Assembly: GCA_030704615.1 (NCBI GenBank)
Contig: CM060732.1
Coordinates: 7,998,001 to 8,062,000, forward strand
Source of the DNA: Takakia lepidozioides
Taxonomy: Eukaryota > Plantae > Bryophyta
Direction: 5' to 3'
Length of the DNA stretch: 64,000 nucleotides
Within the stretch, counting starts at the first letter, position 1. Each line of letters opens with the position of its first letter. The notes below the pieces were generated by a model that saw only the letters and a program-made list of their open reading frames with translations, was not told the origin of the DNA and did no database searches. Shown here one piece after another: positions 50,324 through 63,400 of the stretch. Made by a program: the position numbers and the translations under genes.

Positions 50324-51618
50324 TGTGATGGACTAGTGGCAGCCTAGTGGTAGACTAGTGGTTGCACTAGTGGTGGCTAGTGGCAGCCTAGTGGTTGGAC
50401 TAGTGGCTGCAATAGTGGTGGCTAGTGGCTGCACTAGTGACAGACTAGTGTTTGGTGTGCACATGTGTTGTGTAGTTTTAGACAACGATGTAGTTGTGTA
50501 GCGATATGTATGCGCACGACAACTGTTAAGTTATTTTACCACTAGTGTGAAATTAGCTAGGAAATAGCTAGCTTTTATATATTGATATTTGGGATTGATC
50601 CAAGTGTCAATCCAGGGGCCAATATATGTTTGGGCACTTGGCGTTGTTATCTTCACGGCAGATTGCGGTGGGCTCATCTTTCTCGAGTTGAGCCTCACCG
50701 CGTCTAGCTATGGCGCCGTAGTGTGGATTCCCCATGGCGTGGGGTGCACTTGGCTCGACTTAATATATGAGTGATGTTTTCATGTGCAAGTATGTGAGTT
50801 TGAGAGAGCTTGTGTGCTTGTATCATTTCTTCTTTATCATTGTGATGGATTAGTGGCAGCCTAGTGGTAGACTAGTGGCTGCACTAGTGGTGGTTAGTGA
50901 CAGCCTAGTGGTTGGACTAGTGGCTGCACTAGTGGTGGCTAGTGGCAGCCTAGTGGTGGACTAGTGGCTGCACTAGTGATATACTAGTGTTTGGTGTGCA
51001 CATGTATTGTGTGGTTTTGGACAACGATGTAGTTGTGTAGCGATATGTATGCGCACGACAGCTGTCAAGTTATTTTACCACTAGTGTGAAGTTAGCTAGG
51101 AAATAGCTAGCTTTTATATATTGATATTTGGGATTGATCCAAGTGTCAATCCATGGGCCAATATATGTTTGGGCACTTGGCGTCGTTATCTTCACGGCAA
51201 ATCGCGGTGGGCTCATCTTTCTCGAGTTGAGCCTCACCGCGTCTATGGCACCATAGTGTGGATTCCCCATGGCGTGGGGTGCACTTGGCTCGACTTAATA
51301 TATGAGTGATGTTTTCATGACATGCAAGTATGTGAGTTTGAGAGAGCTTGTGTGCTTGTATCATTTCTTCTTTATCATTGTGATGGACTAGTGGCAGCCT
51401 AGTGGTAGACTAGTGGCTGCACTAGTGGTGGCTAGTGGCAGCCTAGTGATGGACTAGTGGCTGCACTAGTGGTGACTAGTGGTTGTCTAGTGGTGGCTAG
51501 TGGCAGCCTAGTGGTGGACTAGTGGCTGTACTAGTGATAGACTAGTGTTTGGTGTGCACATGTGTTGTGTGGTTTTGGACAACGATGTAGTTGTGTAGCG
51601 ATATGTATGCGCACGACA
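50324..51618 (+). repeat. Tandem terminal repeat block Y-X-Y-X-Y of copy 2; Y contains a CTAGTGG-core minisatellite
   Basis: Y 50324-50521, 50841-51060, 51379-51618; X 50524-50839, 51063-51377; junctions GACA-GC-TGTC (51057-51066) and ttatca-t-tgtg. Confidence 0.92.
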
Positions 51619-52060
51619 GGGGCTAGCATGTGGTCCCCGTCATGCCGCTCATCCTATTGCACATTGGGAGTGACATTGGTCCCTACCGAACTATTCACAA
51701 AACCAGCTACATTTCCATACACATATGGGTTTCCGTCGCAAATTTTCCGATCCTTGTCAGCCACTATGCCATGAACCACCTCAGTGATATTGACATTCAT
51801 TGCATATTTGTGAATGACGTGGGGCGGGACATGTCTGTTCAACAACCTCCCACTCCTAATCAAAGTGATACGCCCCAAAGTAGTCTGGAAGCAAATCCAC
51901 GGTAGCATCATAGGGTGTATCCAGGACCAGGATGTCCTGCATCAGAAATAATCCGTGACCCATGGTAGGGTCCGTTACCCGTTTAACACAATACCAACGA
52001 CCCCAAAACTGGAAAGGCATGCCCATGGGAATGGGAAGTGGGTGAGGCACAAGAGGTTGT
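51619..52060 (-). pseudogene. SET-domain-like (lysine methyltransferase) fragment, cut off by the end of retrotransposon copy 2
   Basis: VKRVTDPTMGHGLFLMQDI...YFG...KYAMNV...DGNPYVYGNVAGFVNSS....PNV resembles the SET GxGLF and GNxxRFxNHS..PN motifs; frameshift and stops. Confidence 0.6.
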
Positions 52061-53506
52061 CAGAACATGCTCTGGAATGGTCTTGTGAGGAATGTCTTGG
52101 TACCTCTGTGAGAGATAGTGGGATCCTTAGGGCGTCGAAGCAGAGGAGGCAACAATATACCTCCAGCTCTACGCGGAGTATGAGGTGCACAAAGTCATCG
52201 TGGTCGAGGGAGCCCGGCTAACCACCCGGAGTAAGGCTGCATGGACCCACCTAATGGACTAGGTAGGGTTGACAAAGATGCATCATAACCAAATGATGAG
52301 GACACCGGAGAGGGGGGGGGGGTGGGGGCTGCTGCTCAACGCCCAAAAAACTTGAAACATTCACCATACCCCGCGACCTTACGCATCTCATCTATGTCAT
52401 GCCACATGATGGGCATCAAAAGAAGCAAGAAGCCCACAACAATTAAATGCCTCCTGCACAATGTAAATGCGAGCTTGCACTTCAAGTCGCGGCTGCAAGA
52501 TGCGTAGTATATAATGAGGCATCAATACTTACGTCATGATCTACTATGTATCAATATAATGTGTATACTATTAATCATACTATATTTGTACTTATATAAG
52601 AAACGTTGGGAAGGGGTAGAATAAGACTTACCTTTGCTGCATCTTTGGAGTGGAGCAGCCTGCCGGCAACCGTGCCCAACAGTAATTGCACCAACACTCC
52701 ATCTTGGGGGGCTGGTCGACGGTGGAAGTACCGGGGCCTCGTGCCTCTGGACTAGCATGCCTACGACCTCGAGGTGGCAAGCGAGGGAGTAGCCGGTGCA
52801 ACCGAGTCGATCCCGGAGTGCCGACATCATCCACATCATCCGAAATTTGCCCCCGGACCCTTCTATGATGGTTTCTGCCATGTACTGGAGGTGCATAAGT
52901 CTCCTCCTCATGAATGGGAGGCAATGTTGGCAAGGGTGCCGGCTCCAAATCCGCAAGGGTGAGGGATCAGTGACTTCCTACCATAATATGCTAATTAACA
53001 TATACCACGAACACATATTGCAGGAGCATACCTTTGAACAAAATAAATATATTGTAACAAGTTATAGGTGGTTGGTGGGTTAAAATATATCCACACCTCC
53101 GGATCGGCATAAGTGGGCCACATTGCGACCCGGTGGTGTAATTACCCTTATATGATGTAACCCCCATTGGACTTACACCTACTCTCGAAATTTGACTAAG
53201 TCCAAATTTGGCTAAGAAAAAATGAATTAAGAGGAGTTTATAGTACATAATAGCCGGGGTAACATAAATAAACCAAAGGCTTTAGGGACATTACAATAAT
53301 GTCCGGGGTTACGCCCTTTCTACAAACAAATTTATATCACGCCCCATCATTTACTGCATATGTGTATAAGAGTTATACACATAACCCTGTAGCCTGTCCG
53401 AGAAACACCCCCCCACACCACATTAGCTGCAGCACGAGAAAGCACAGGGCTACAGTAGCTGCAGGTTGTTTCGTTTACAGGGTTTGGGGGCAACTTTGCT
53501 CTACCT

Positions 53507-54340
53507 ATGGCGGACTGTGAGGATGAATTGGACTACATCCTTGAGGAGTTTCAAGACACAGAGGGCACTCAAGCATTCCCTGAGCCTGAAGCATTCCCGG
53601 ACGGTGATATTCCTTGTAGCCAAAAATTACCAGTGAAGAGGAAGAATCTGGCACCACGGATGGACAAGGGGCAACGACCAATTGTGGACTTTTTCCACTT
53701 GAGCACCATGGCTACGGCCTACAATCACCATTTTTCTTTGTACAGCAAGGGCAGGAAGCAAGTCACCCAATTGATTCCATCTGTGGTGTGGAAGGCGGTA
53801 TACACACACTACTTGGAAGTCCACCCTAATTCTGAATTTGCTGAGGAGACTCTGAAGGATCGTCTACGGAAAACGCTCAAAGAATTGAAAACAGGCACAT
53901 CAAATGAAGAGGATTCTGACAAGGCGGTGTTACAGAGTGACGAAATGTTGGTGAGGTTAAAGAGTACTGATGGCCATGCCACTCGGAATATAAGAGGCGA
54001 AACAACTTGTTACAATCAGGAAGTCCGTCCCCGATCCCATCAACAACTTCTACTGGTGTGGGGGAATCGGATGCACCACCGCCTGTACCTAGTCTTGGCA
54101 CCGAGTGTAGTCTTGCAATTTCTAATGCAACTATAGGGTCTAAGTCCTCAGGTGAAAAACCAGTGAGCAAGTCTGAGATGCTCTAGCAGCAATCTCGTAG
54201 CATTGCTGCCATGGCCCAGCAATTTCAGACTTCATCTGAAAGCCGTGACGCCCTCTTAGCTGCCAAGTTGGAGATCAGCCAAGAGAAGCAAAGCAAGGTC
54301 AAAATCAGCAATTTAAAGCAGGCCCGAGACCTCAACTAGG
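53507..54340 (+). pseudogene. Probable Myb/SANT (trihelix)-like accessory ORF of a PIF/Harbinger-like element
   Basis: WKAVYTHY...FAEETLKDRLRKTLKELK helical pattern; convergent with the DDE transposase; C-terminal coiled coil with stops. Confidence 0.5.
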
Positions 54341-54399
54341 TGTGATAAGTGACAATGAGTTTAAGCTGCAGGTTAAAACTATCTTACATTTGTAGTGAT

Positions 54400-55540
54400 C
54401 TGTCTAGTAGTCCCCGTCCCAGCCGAAGTCAGCTGGGTCGCTGTGCTGATCGCGCCTGCCAATCCTTCGCATTATTAACATTTATTCCCCCATGTAGCCC
54501 GGGTCCCCTAGGAGATATTCGAAGTACTCATCTTCATGCATGAAGTATTGCCGCCAATTTCTATGAATGTCAGAATGTCGCAGGATGGTAATGTCATGAA
54601 ATGACCCCGGGTACCCTGAATCTATGTAATTAAACAGTCTATCATTGTTCAATAGTCTCTCATATGCAACTTGCAAAAAACGAGTTTCAAATATTGAGTT
54701 GATGTAAGATGATGGTCAACCACGACGGTGTTGTTCATACAGTAGATCTTCTTACGGCCGCTAAACCATGTTTTGTGTTCTTGATTCTTCCAAGGAAGCC
54801 GAATTTTGACCAGGGTACCGTCAATCAAACCGATACATCTTTGAAAGTCAGGTATATGAGTGGCCAACCTAGCTTGCTCTTATGGGGTTGGCCAACGGAT
54901 TTCGTTTGCAATTGTGTGGTTTATGCAGGAAGAGATGAACATGGCATCATCGCACAACGAACTTCTCGACCAATTCCACATCAATGAATCGTAGAAGTTA
55001 TAATTCTCCTCTACTTCTGGAGTGACAATGTTTGGCATTTTTTTGTAGGCTAATAGCCTAATATTAGTTGTCATGCTTGAGGTATAAAATGAAATTGAGT
55101 AATGGTTGGTGAGGGGTTAGCTTACATGGCCTGCCAATGCAAAGTTTTTCTTCGCTTGTCAATCTCACATTTGAGATGATAGTCGGCACTACCAATGCAG
55201 CTAGCTCCTCAAACTCTTCTACAATAAAATTAGTGAGCTGCTTGAAAAGTGTAGGTGTGGCTCGCATTGTGGCAAGCACATCCCGGACTCCAACCTCTCG
55301 AGCCCTCCTCCATCTCGTTAGAATTGAACAAATCTACCGAACTAGAAGCAACTAGCGCAGCTTGAAGAAACATGGAAGCATCTCTCTCCATGTCGTCGAA
55401 CAGAGCATCATCACTTGAAGAAGATGAGCTATCATCGCTTGAGGGAGATGACGAGGAGCCTGCCATGTTGTCATCTCCCTCGTTGTCATCGCTTGAGGGA
55501 GATGACGAGGAGCTTGCCATGTTGTCTGATCGGCACACAG
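54400..55540 (-). pseudogene. PIF/Harbinger (DDE_Tnp_4-type) transposase, degenerate
   Basis: IRWPT...CIGLIDGTLVKIRLP...FSGRKKIYCMN; SGYPGSFHDITIL; YLLGDPGY; acidic Ser-rich N-terminus; two short insertions; C-terminus missing. Confidence 0.85.
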
Positions 55541-57333
55541 CCTCTCAGCCCTTAAACCCTAACACTCAATCGTCAGAGGAAGCAGCCATTGCCCTCATCC
55601 CCAATTTATGATTTGGTGCCCTCTTTTCTGACTTCGCGCCCAGTTTTCTGCACTTTACGGATTAACTCAAACTCAGAATGAAACCCGTAACTCGGGTCCA
55701 AACAGGGTCCCAAACTCAGGCTCACTTTACGGATAACTCTAATGTTTTTTCACTACTCCATACACGACCCCCCCATATACTCAACCACCAGCTCCACCCT
55801 CACCCAATGTAACAGCTCTAGCCGCATAACCCAGCCCCCTACCCACACAAAATCTCCCCTAACATGTATATCAAGTCTGCGAAAGTCTGCGAGGTTACTG
55901 TGAAAGAGGTTATTTTTTCCTCTCACTATAATTAAGGGGCCTGATTTGTGAGCTGTCGCTCCCAGGTGTTTCCCTTTATAACATATATCAAGTCCCTCAT
56001 GTGAGCAGTGTCGCGCAGGAATGGATTCCTCCACGTTCTCACCGTGTTGATGCGGAGGAAGATTACAATGAGTTATGGAGTGTGAATTATCAGCACTGCT
56101 GAATGCCTCAGCATACGTATATCTTGTCGCTGCTCCTTGTAGCGCATGTGTGAGAATGCACGGAAGCCATCTGTTGCCTCCATGTCTTGGAATAGTCCTG
56201 GAGCGACAATAATAGTCCAAGTGAAGCTGGCGGAAGAACAGATAATGTGTCATATGATCAGTGTGGCGAGTACGCCAAAAGTGCAGGAAGGCACGGTTCA
56301 ATCTGAAAGATGTTCGTGAGCTTGGAGAGAACGACTACCATTCTGAAGAAGACTTGGCCGGAAAATTGCTTGCTTCATGATGAGCTTACGACTGGCGGTG
56401 TGTCTGTGCTTTCCCCATCACACAAAACCCCACGAGAGATTTCCAGTAAGTCTTTATTCAAAGGTATTTTAATTTAGCGCGAAGTAATGCTACTGACTAT
56501 TTCTTTAATGGTAAGGCTTCGTGTTTGGTTTCTTTGGGAGACAGAGAGTAGGAAATCTGTAAAGGAGTTGCAAAACAGGGACAGGAAAAGCGGAGAGCCT
56601 CTAAATTTGCAATGTTGCTTGTTTTTTCATAACCTGAGCTACGAGCAAGCATCTCTCGATCTTTGGTGGCTAGTTTAGTACTCCTCAGTGTAAACTGAGG
56701 CAAATGGAAGCTGCAATCATCTTATTGCAGTTTTTGGATGGGGGTAAAACAATGATCAAAGAGTGGCTCTGGCAGGAATTCTTTTCGGATCCTTCCCAGC
56801 GGAAGGACAACAGGTTTGATAAGGTGAGGCTATCTTCATTTAGGAGGTGATAGATTTTGTCAATTTCATGTCTAGAGGACAGACAGTTCGCTTTTATTGT
56901 TGCTATGAGTAGTGCTACGCATCATATGGAAGATTTCTTCCCTCTTCGATGGTTGTAAGTAAGGCTGTCATTGAAGCTATCGCTGCTTACAGAAAAGTCC
57001 AAGATCACAAGACTTCAGACACAAGTGGAGGAACAAAGTCCTTTGGATTGAAGGTTTGTTGAATCCTCCTTGGGTGAAAGCAGAGCTAGCTGCCATGACA
57101 TAAGGTCAAGCACAATCTGGTGATTTTTTTCTATTGCCAATGTGCACCATGGAGCTGCAGCAAGCATACCATGGGTATTGTGATGATTGAGAGGTGCTGG
57201 CTCAAACGAAAGAAATTGGTTCAGTTTATTATCAATATAGACAATGGCAGGCAATTTGTAGCTGTCAGTATGTAGCAAAACCCCTTTCATGTATCTAGGA
57301 AGTTGTGGGTTGTAGTACAAAGGTCTGTCAACT

Positions 57334-60300
57334 ATGGTTTGTCATTGTCAACCACTTGAGGTGACTGGAAGGATCTATTCATTGTCTTTGGAGGAAGAGA
57401 TAGCTGCAGCAGGAAAAGTTGAAGGGTGGGGGCAAATCAATCCCAGAGGGCCTGATTTCAAGCATGCTAATACCAAGGAGGCACTGTTGAATGATAGCTA
57501 CAAGAGACCTGTGTGTGTAGATCTTCAACAGGAAGTAGCAGCAGCACAGTTGTTTGAATCAGGCACCTCCCCTACTACCGCTACCACTGCTTTGAAAAGA
57601 GGTCCTGGAGGGGAAGTCCAGAAGAACTCTTCTGGCACTTGTAAGGATGTGAGGATGCTATTTAAGGCGGGACAGTTGGGAGATGTGCTGCGTGTTTTGA
57701 ACCAAGGAGACATTTCTGCAGACTCCAGTACTTATGTCCATCTCTTGCAGGAGTGCATAAACCTGAAAGGCCTAGCAGAGGGAAAGCAGGTCCACACCCA
57801 CATAATTCAGACTGGATTCAAGCCAAACCTCTTTCTACTCAACACTCTCGTCAACATGTATGCCAAGTGTGGGAGTGTGGTGGATGCACGCCTGGTATTT
57901 GACAGAATGTCTGAACGAGATGCGTTTACGTGGACTATAATGATGGCAGGATATGCCAAGCATGGGTGTGGTAGGGAGGCCTTAGAGGTGTATGAGCAAA
58001 TGATGTACGAGGGGTTTAGGCCCAACAGGGTCACATTCATCTGTGTTCTCAAGGCCTGTGCCAGCCTGGCAACCCTTCAAAGGGGCATAGAGGTCCATGC
58101 AGACATCATCAAAGCTGGAATTGCACCAGACATCATTCTGGAGACTGCCCTTGTTGATATGTATTGCAAATGTGGGAGCATAAATGATGCGTCTGAGGTG
58201 TTCAACAGCATGGCTCAACGAAATGTGGTCTCATGGAGTGCAATGGTCGCAGGATATGCTCAGCATGGTTGTGGTAGGGAGGCTTTGGAGACCTATCAGC
58301 AAATGTTACGGGAAGGGGTATTGCCCAACAATGTCACATTCATTTCTGTTCTCAAGGCGTGTGCCAGCCTTGCAGCTCTGGAAAAGGGTATAGAGGTCCA
58401 TGCAGACATCAGCAAAGCTGGAATTGTGCCAGATATCGTTCTGGAGAACACACTCCTCGACATGTATGCCAAATGCGGGAGCATAAAGGATGCGCGTCAT
58501 GTGTTTGACAACATGCTTAAGCGAGATGTGGTGTCGTGGAATGCAATGGTTGCAGGATATGCTAGGCATGGGTGTGATAGGGAGGCTTTCGAGACCTATC
58601 AGCAAATGGTACACGAAGGGGTGATGCCCAACAGTGTCACATTCATCTGTGTTCTCAAGGCATGTGCCAGCCTGTCTGACCTAGAAAAGGGCAAAGAGGT
58701 TCATGCTCACATCATCAAAGCTAGAATTGCATCTTATATAATTTTGGAAAATACTGTTGTTGACATGTATGCCAAATGTGGGAACCTAAAGGATGCACGT
58801 CAACTGTTTGACAGAATGGCTGAACGAGATGTGGTCTCATGGAATGCAATGATCTCAGGCTATGCTCAGCATGGGTGTGGTAGGGAGGCTTTGGAGATGG
58901 ATGAGCAAATGATACGGGAAGGGGTGTTGCCCGATAAGGTCACCTTCATTTGCTTTATCAATGCATGTGCCAGCCTGACTGACCTGGAAAAGGGCAAAGA
59001 GGTCCATTCCAAGATCATCAAAGCTGGAATTGTGCCAGATGTCATTCTGGAGACTGCCCTTATCAACATGTATGCCAAATGTGGGAGCATAAATGATGCA
59101 CGTCAAGTATTCGACAATATGACTCAACGAAATGTGGTCTCGTGGAGCTCGATGATTGCAGTGTATGCTCAGCATGGGTGTAATAGGGAGGCCCTACAAC
59201 TATTTGAACAAATGCAACAGGAAGGCGTGAAGCCTGATGTGGTCTCATGGAGTGCAATGATCGCAGGATATGCGCAGCACGGGTTTGGTAAGGAGGCTTT
59301 CAAGACCTATGAGCAAATGATACAGAAAGGGATATCACCCAACAGGGTCACATTCATTTGCATTCTCAAAGCATGTGCCAGCCTTGCAGCTCTGGAAAAG
59401 GGCAAAGAGGTCCATGCTGACATCATCAAAGCCGGAATTGCTCCAAATATCATTCTGGAGACTGCCCTTACTGACATGTATGCCAAGTGCGGGAGCATGG
59501 CGGATGCTCGTCAAGTGTTTGACAATATGGCTCAACGAAATGTGGTCTCATGGAACGCAATGGTCGCAGGATATGCTCAGCATGGGTATGGTATGGAAGC
59601 ACTTCAACTATTTGAGCAAATGCAACATGAAGGTTTGAAACCAAATGTGGTCACCTTTATTTGTGTTCTCTCTGCATGTAGCCACGTAGGTCTAGTGGAT
59701 GAAGGCTGTCACTACTTCAATTCCATGAGTAAAGACCATGGCCTTACTCCTACAGTAGAGCATTTTGGCTGCATGGTAGACCTTCTAGGCCGTGCAGGTC
59801 GATTGAAGGAGGCAGATGACTTCATTAACAATATGCCAATTGAACCAGATGCAGCGTTGTGGGGCACCTTGCTTGGTGCCTGCAGAGTTCATGGTAATGT
59901 GGAGGTGGCTGAACGGGCAGCCAAATGCCTTCTCAAGTGGGATCCACAGCAAGCTGCGACTTACGTGCTACTATCAAACATGTATGCTGCAGCTGGCAGG
60001 TGGGACGATACTGCAAAGGTGAGAAGAATGACGAAAGAGAGAGGTATCAGAAAGGAGCCAGGTCACTCCTGCATTGAGGTCAACAACCAGCTGCATACAT
60101 TTGTTGTTGATGACAAATTGCATCCACAAATTGAGGAAATCCATGCTGAGCTGACGAGATTGTCTGAGCAGATGAAGGAAGCGGGTTACGTGCCCAACAC
60201 ACGCTTTGTATTGCACCATGTAGAGGAAGACCAAAAGAGAGTTTGTCTTTGCCACCACAGTGAGAAGCTGGCCATTGTTTTTGGGCTCATCAACATTGCC

Positions 60301-60465
60301 CCTGGGACACCTGTCCGTGTCATCAAGAACCTTCGGGTGTGTGGTGATTGCCACACTGTCACCAAGTTTATCTCGAAGATTGTTGGGAGGGCAATTGTTG
60401 TACGGGATGCAATCCGCTTTCACCACTTTCAAGATGGTGTTTGTTCTTGTGGGGACTACTGGTGA
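57334..60465 (+). CDS. PLS-class PPR protein with E and DYW cytidine-deaminase domains (organellar C-to-U RNA editing factor)
   Basis: Intact 1043-aa ORF with ~20 P-L-S repeats, E motifs, PG box KEPGHSCIEV, HSEKLA, CGDCH and terminal CSCGDYW. Start codon uncertain. Confidence 0.96.
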   Translation: MVCHCQPLEVTGRIYSLSLEEEIAAAGKVEGWGQINPRGPDFKHANTKEALLNDSYKRPVCVDLQQEVAAAQLFESGTSPTTATTALKRGPGGEVQKNSSGTCKDVRMLFKAGQLGDVLRVLNQGDISADSSTYVHLLQECINLKGLAEGKQVHTHIIQTGFKPNLFLLNTLVNMYAKCGSVVDARLVFDRMSERDAFTWTIMMAGYAKHGCGREALEVYEQMMYEGFRPNRVTFICVLKACASLATLQRGIEVHADIIKAGIAPDIILETALVDMYCKCGSINDASEVFNSMAQRNVVSWSAMVAGYAQHGCGREALETYQQMLREGVLPNNVTFISVLKACASLAALEKGIEVHADISKAGIVPDIVLENTLLDMYAKCGSIKDARHVFDNMLKRDVVSWNAMVAGYARHGCDREAFETYQQMVHEGVMPNSVTFICVLKACASLSDLEKGKEVHAHIIKARIASYIILENTVVDMYAKCGNLKDARQLFDRMAERDVVSWNAMISGYAQHGCGREALEMDEQMIREGVLPDKVTFICFINACASLTDLEKGKEVHSKIIKAGIVPDVILETALINMYAKCGSINDARQVFDNMTQRNVVSWSSMIAVYAQHGCNREALQLFEQMQQEGVKPDVVSWSAMIAGYAQHGFGKEAFKTYEQMIQKGISPNRVTFICILKACASLAALEKGKEVHADIIKAGIAPNIILETALTDMYAKCGSMADARQVFDNMAQRNVVSWNAMVAGYAQHGYGMEALQLFEQMQHEGLKPNVVTFICVLSACSHVGLVDEGCHYFNSMSKDHGLTPTVEHFGCMVDLLGRAGRLKEADDFINNMPIEPDAALWGTLLGACRVHGNVEVAERAAKCLLKWDPQQAATYVLLSNMYAAAGRWDDTAKVRRMTKERGIRKEPGHSCIEVNNQLHTFVVDDKLHPQIEEIHAELTRLSEQMKEAGYVPNTRFVLHHVEEDQKRVCLCHHSEKLAIVFGLINIAPGTPVRVIKNLRVCGDCHTVTKFISKIVGRAIVVRDAIRFHHFQDGVCSCGDYW

Positions 60466-63400
60466 AGCAGAGGGTGAGCAGGTAATTTATGCCAGAAGTT
60501 GTAGCCGCGTGTGGGCCTTGTGGATAGCCATCACTAAGCTGATTCCATGAGTTGAGATCATGGCCTTCCTGTATTGCAGGATCTGGCTGCATGGTGGACA
60601 CTCTTGCCCATGCAGGGCATTGGATGTGTTGAGTCCCAATCAAACCAGGTGATGTTGTGTGGATGACTTTCCTTGCTGCCCACTGAATTCAGCACGATGT
60701 GGAGGTAGCAGAACACGGATCAAAACACCTTCTCAATTGGGATGGAGAGCAGATATGTGCTACTATCAACTGCCTATGCTGTAGCCAGCTATTTTCACTA
60801 TACTGCAAAGGTGAGAGAAATGATGCAGTCAGGAGGAGGTCAGAGCACAGTTGGGAGGCAACGCAGTTTTTTATTTCTTGCAGCTGCAGTGGGCCATGTG
60901 GCTAAACCACAGCAGAACCCATCTCTCACTCTTTGTGCGCTTGCCACCTAGTTCTTTGAAGTTAGGCTACTTTAGGCTACTCAATTCTTTATCGAATGTG
61001 CACTAAACCAAATTTTAACCATTCCAAGACATGCAACCCCTCGCGGTGCAAGGTCAGGCATCCTGGGAAGAGGACTGAGTCTGGAAATTGGACAAATTGG
61101 ACCACAGCAACTAAGCATGATTCTTTGCCTGCAGCTTTAACCCTGTAGTTTACTCTGACTTTCTTGAAAAGCTTCAGGTTGTAACATGTCCACATGAACA
61201 GTTCGAAAATAAATCTGGCATCCAACCTAACACTCATGTTCAGATGAACTCGTGTCTCCATACTAACCCTCCTCCGCAAAGAAAACCTCTATTCTATCTC
61301 GCAGAAGTCTGAGAAGTCTAAGTGGGAAGTAAGGAGGTAAGGGATTTAGGATAAAGGAAACGAAGAAGAAATTCATTACATCCCTGTGGAGGAATTGACC
61401 AGGGATGAGTCGAAAACCCAGTGGGTACTCTTCGCTGTACCTCTTTCTGCACAGGCAACCCTTGGCTGATGATGATGATAGTTTTTATTTCAGCTAGGTT
61501 GCTCTCTTCTTGTTAGCAGTCTCTCTACCTCTGGGCCTTTGAAACCTTTCAAAATTTTCACATCCGTCCCAGCATAAAATCTATGGTCTGCCCTTGGATG
61601 ATCACATGAAATCTCAATACATTCTAACAGAAGGGCTTCCATTTTGACTGGAAGAGCTGATGGTGGTTGCCGCCACACTACCAGTGTTTGAGCCCACAAC
61701 TGACTCAGCAAGAGCCTCCTGGGAAGAAGATGCATCCCCAATGTAACTTGAGATCGCAGCTGGTAGCTCCGGCATGGTTTCCTGCCTTGTCATTGCCACT
61801 GCTATGATGATGTGTGCCTCTGTGCTCAATTCAGCCTCCAGTTGTGCTTGAGCTTGATCCCCAGTTTGGTTGCTATATTCCACAGCGGCTGCCTCCTGCA
61901 AAGTACAGAGAACTTGATCCATTTACGCCCAAACAGTCTGGAACCTACTCACATCCACACAAGTAACTCGATTGTTCTCCGGGCTTTAGTCATCTCCTAC
62001 ATGTATCAGCCTCACACCCCCCGCCCCCCCCCCTTTTCTACTCTGATGCTTCAAGACTTGAAAGAAAGGCGTAGATAATCATATGAAGTTAAAAAGTCAC
62101 AAATACCGCTGCAGTCAGGTTTTCGTGGAGATTCATCATCTCCTCAACCACAGCACACACATCCTTCAAGGCTGCTGCTTCGCGCTCTTTCTCCTGTGCA
62201 GCCCTGTGCTCCCGGAGCTTCATCCCCTTATGTGTTATAGGGCATTCTTACCTTCCAACTGAACACCAACAACTGACATGGTGTAGTATGGCAACAGACA
62301 TCTCGTACGCCCAGAAAACATCTGAACACATGATATGTCAGAAAGACATGGCACTCCAGCAAACCTCCAGAGGCTAAGATATGGTCCACCACTTCTTTCA
62401 GTCAGTCCTGCCCTATGATGTCTGTAGGTGATCATGAGAAATCAATAAGGTCATTACACAGCTTTGGAACTGACGGCTATCTGAGCCACAGTAGGAGGGC
62501 TGGAAAGGGGGAGGTGGAGGATCAATCAATACCCGTATAAGCTGTTCCTGAATAGCTATTGTGCGCTGTCGCACCGCATCATCAGGTGGGAGGCCACGCA
62601 ATACATTCACGACGTCCCTCACCAAACGACCAAGTTTGAACATGCTCTCCTGTATAATGCTCACCCAGGGGCTTGGCATGCAACCAACCTCAATATTGAT
62701 TGCAATTCTAACTCACTACCCAACTATGACCAATGCCACAAAACTCCATGCAGATTGCTGGCAGAGGGTTTATGGCCCAAAAACTACAAGATCACATGTT
62801 TTCAGCTCCACCCACTACTCAAAAGTTGAGTGTCCAAGTAGAAACATGATTTGAGGGGCGGAGGCAAGCAGTTGCGGGTGTCAGCTCTCGTTAATTTATC
62901 ACAGGCTAGAACAGAGTCCAAAAGCAGGTCAAAACCAGAGAATTCAACTGAAGTGTTCTGCTCTTTGCTGATTAAAAAGAAAAGATCTATCTACAAAAAG
63001 AACCATAACTGCTGACACATAAGTATGCGATGCACTCCAGGACAACCAAAAAGTAGGATCATTACACAAAGATGATGAGATAATGATCCAGATTTATGCG
63101 TTCAGATGATGATGTCTGTTGTGTGATGATGAGAGAGAGAGTCTGTGTGGCAGAGTAGGTGGACATGAAATCAAGACCTAAACCTCTAAGGACAGATCAA
63201 ATATTAACAGCGTATCTTTTCACATATGGAAATCGGATCATTTATCAATAAATGCAAAGCTTTTACAACACGAGCGTGAATAGACGATGAAGAACCGTTC
63301 CACTCTGATTTGAACGACCGAAGGTGGATCTGTTGTGAAAGCAAATATGAGAGAGACAGAGCAGGGGCAATCTTCTCGGTTTAACAGTATCCTTCATCCA

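Larger units (their letters stand above)
38170..51618 (+). mobile_element. Ty3/Gypsy retrotransposon copy 2 (related subfamily): 5'-truncated, RT/RH deleted, with nested insertions
   Basis: Leader 38200-38400 matches copy 1 at 23960-24160; gag 38950-41103; protease VLLDSGAQP ~41215; DNMT 42725-47895; integrase-PHD 48700-50055; PPT 50312-50323; Y-X-Y-X-Y block ending gcgcacGACA at 51618. Confidence 0.9.

Noticed and set aside
55753-56301. Long ORFs without motifs (55753-56301, 14223-14702, 29130-29621, 60989-61279) and ORFs antisense to PPR/pol
   Set aside because: No recognisable domains; consistent with chance or shadow ORFs.
60290-60465. DYW domain as a KP-type (U-to-C) variant
   Set aside because: It has a canonical PG box, HSEKLA and a DYW terminus, i.e. 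the ordinary C-to-U type.
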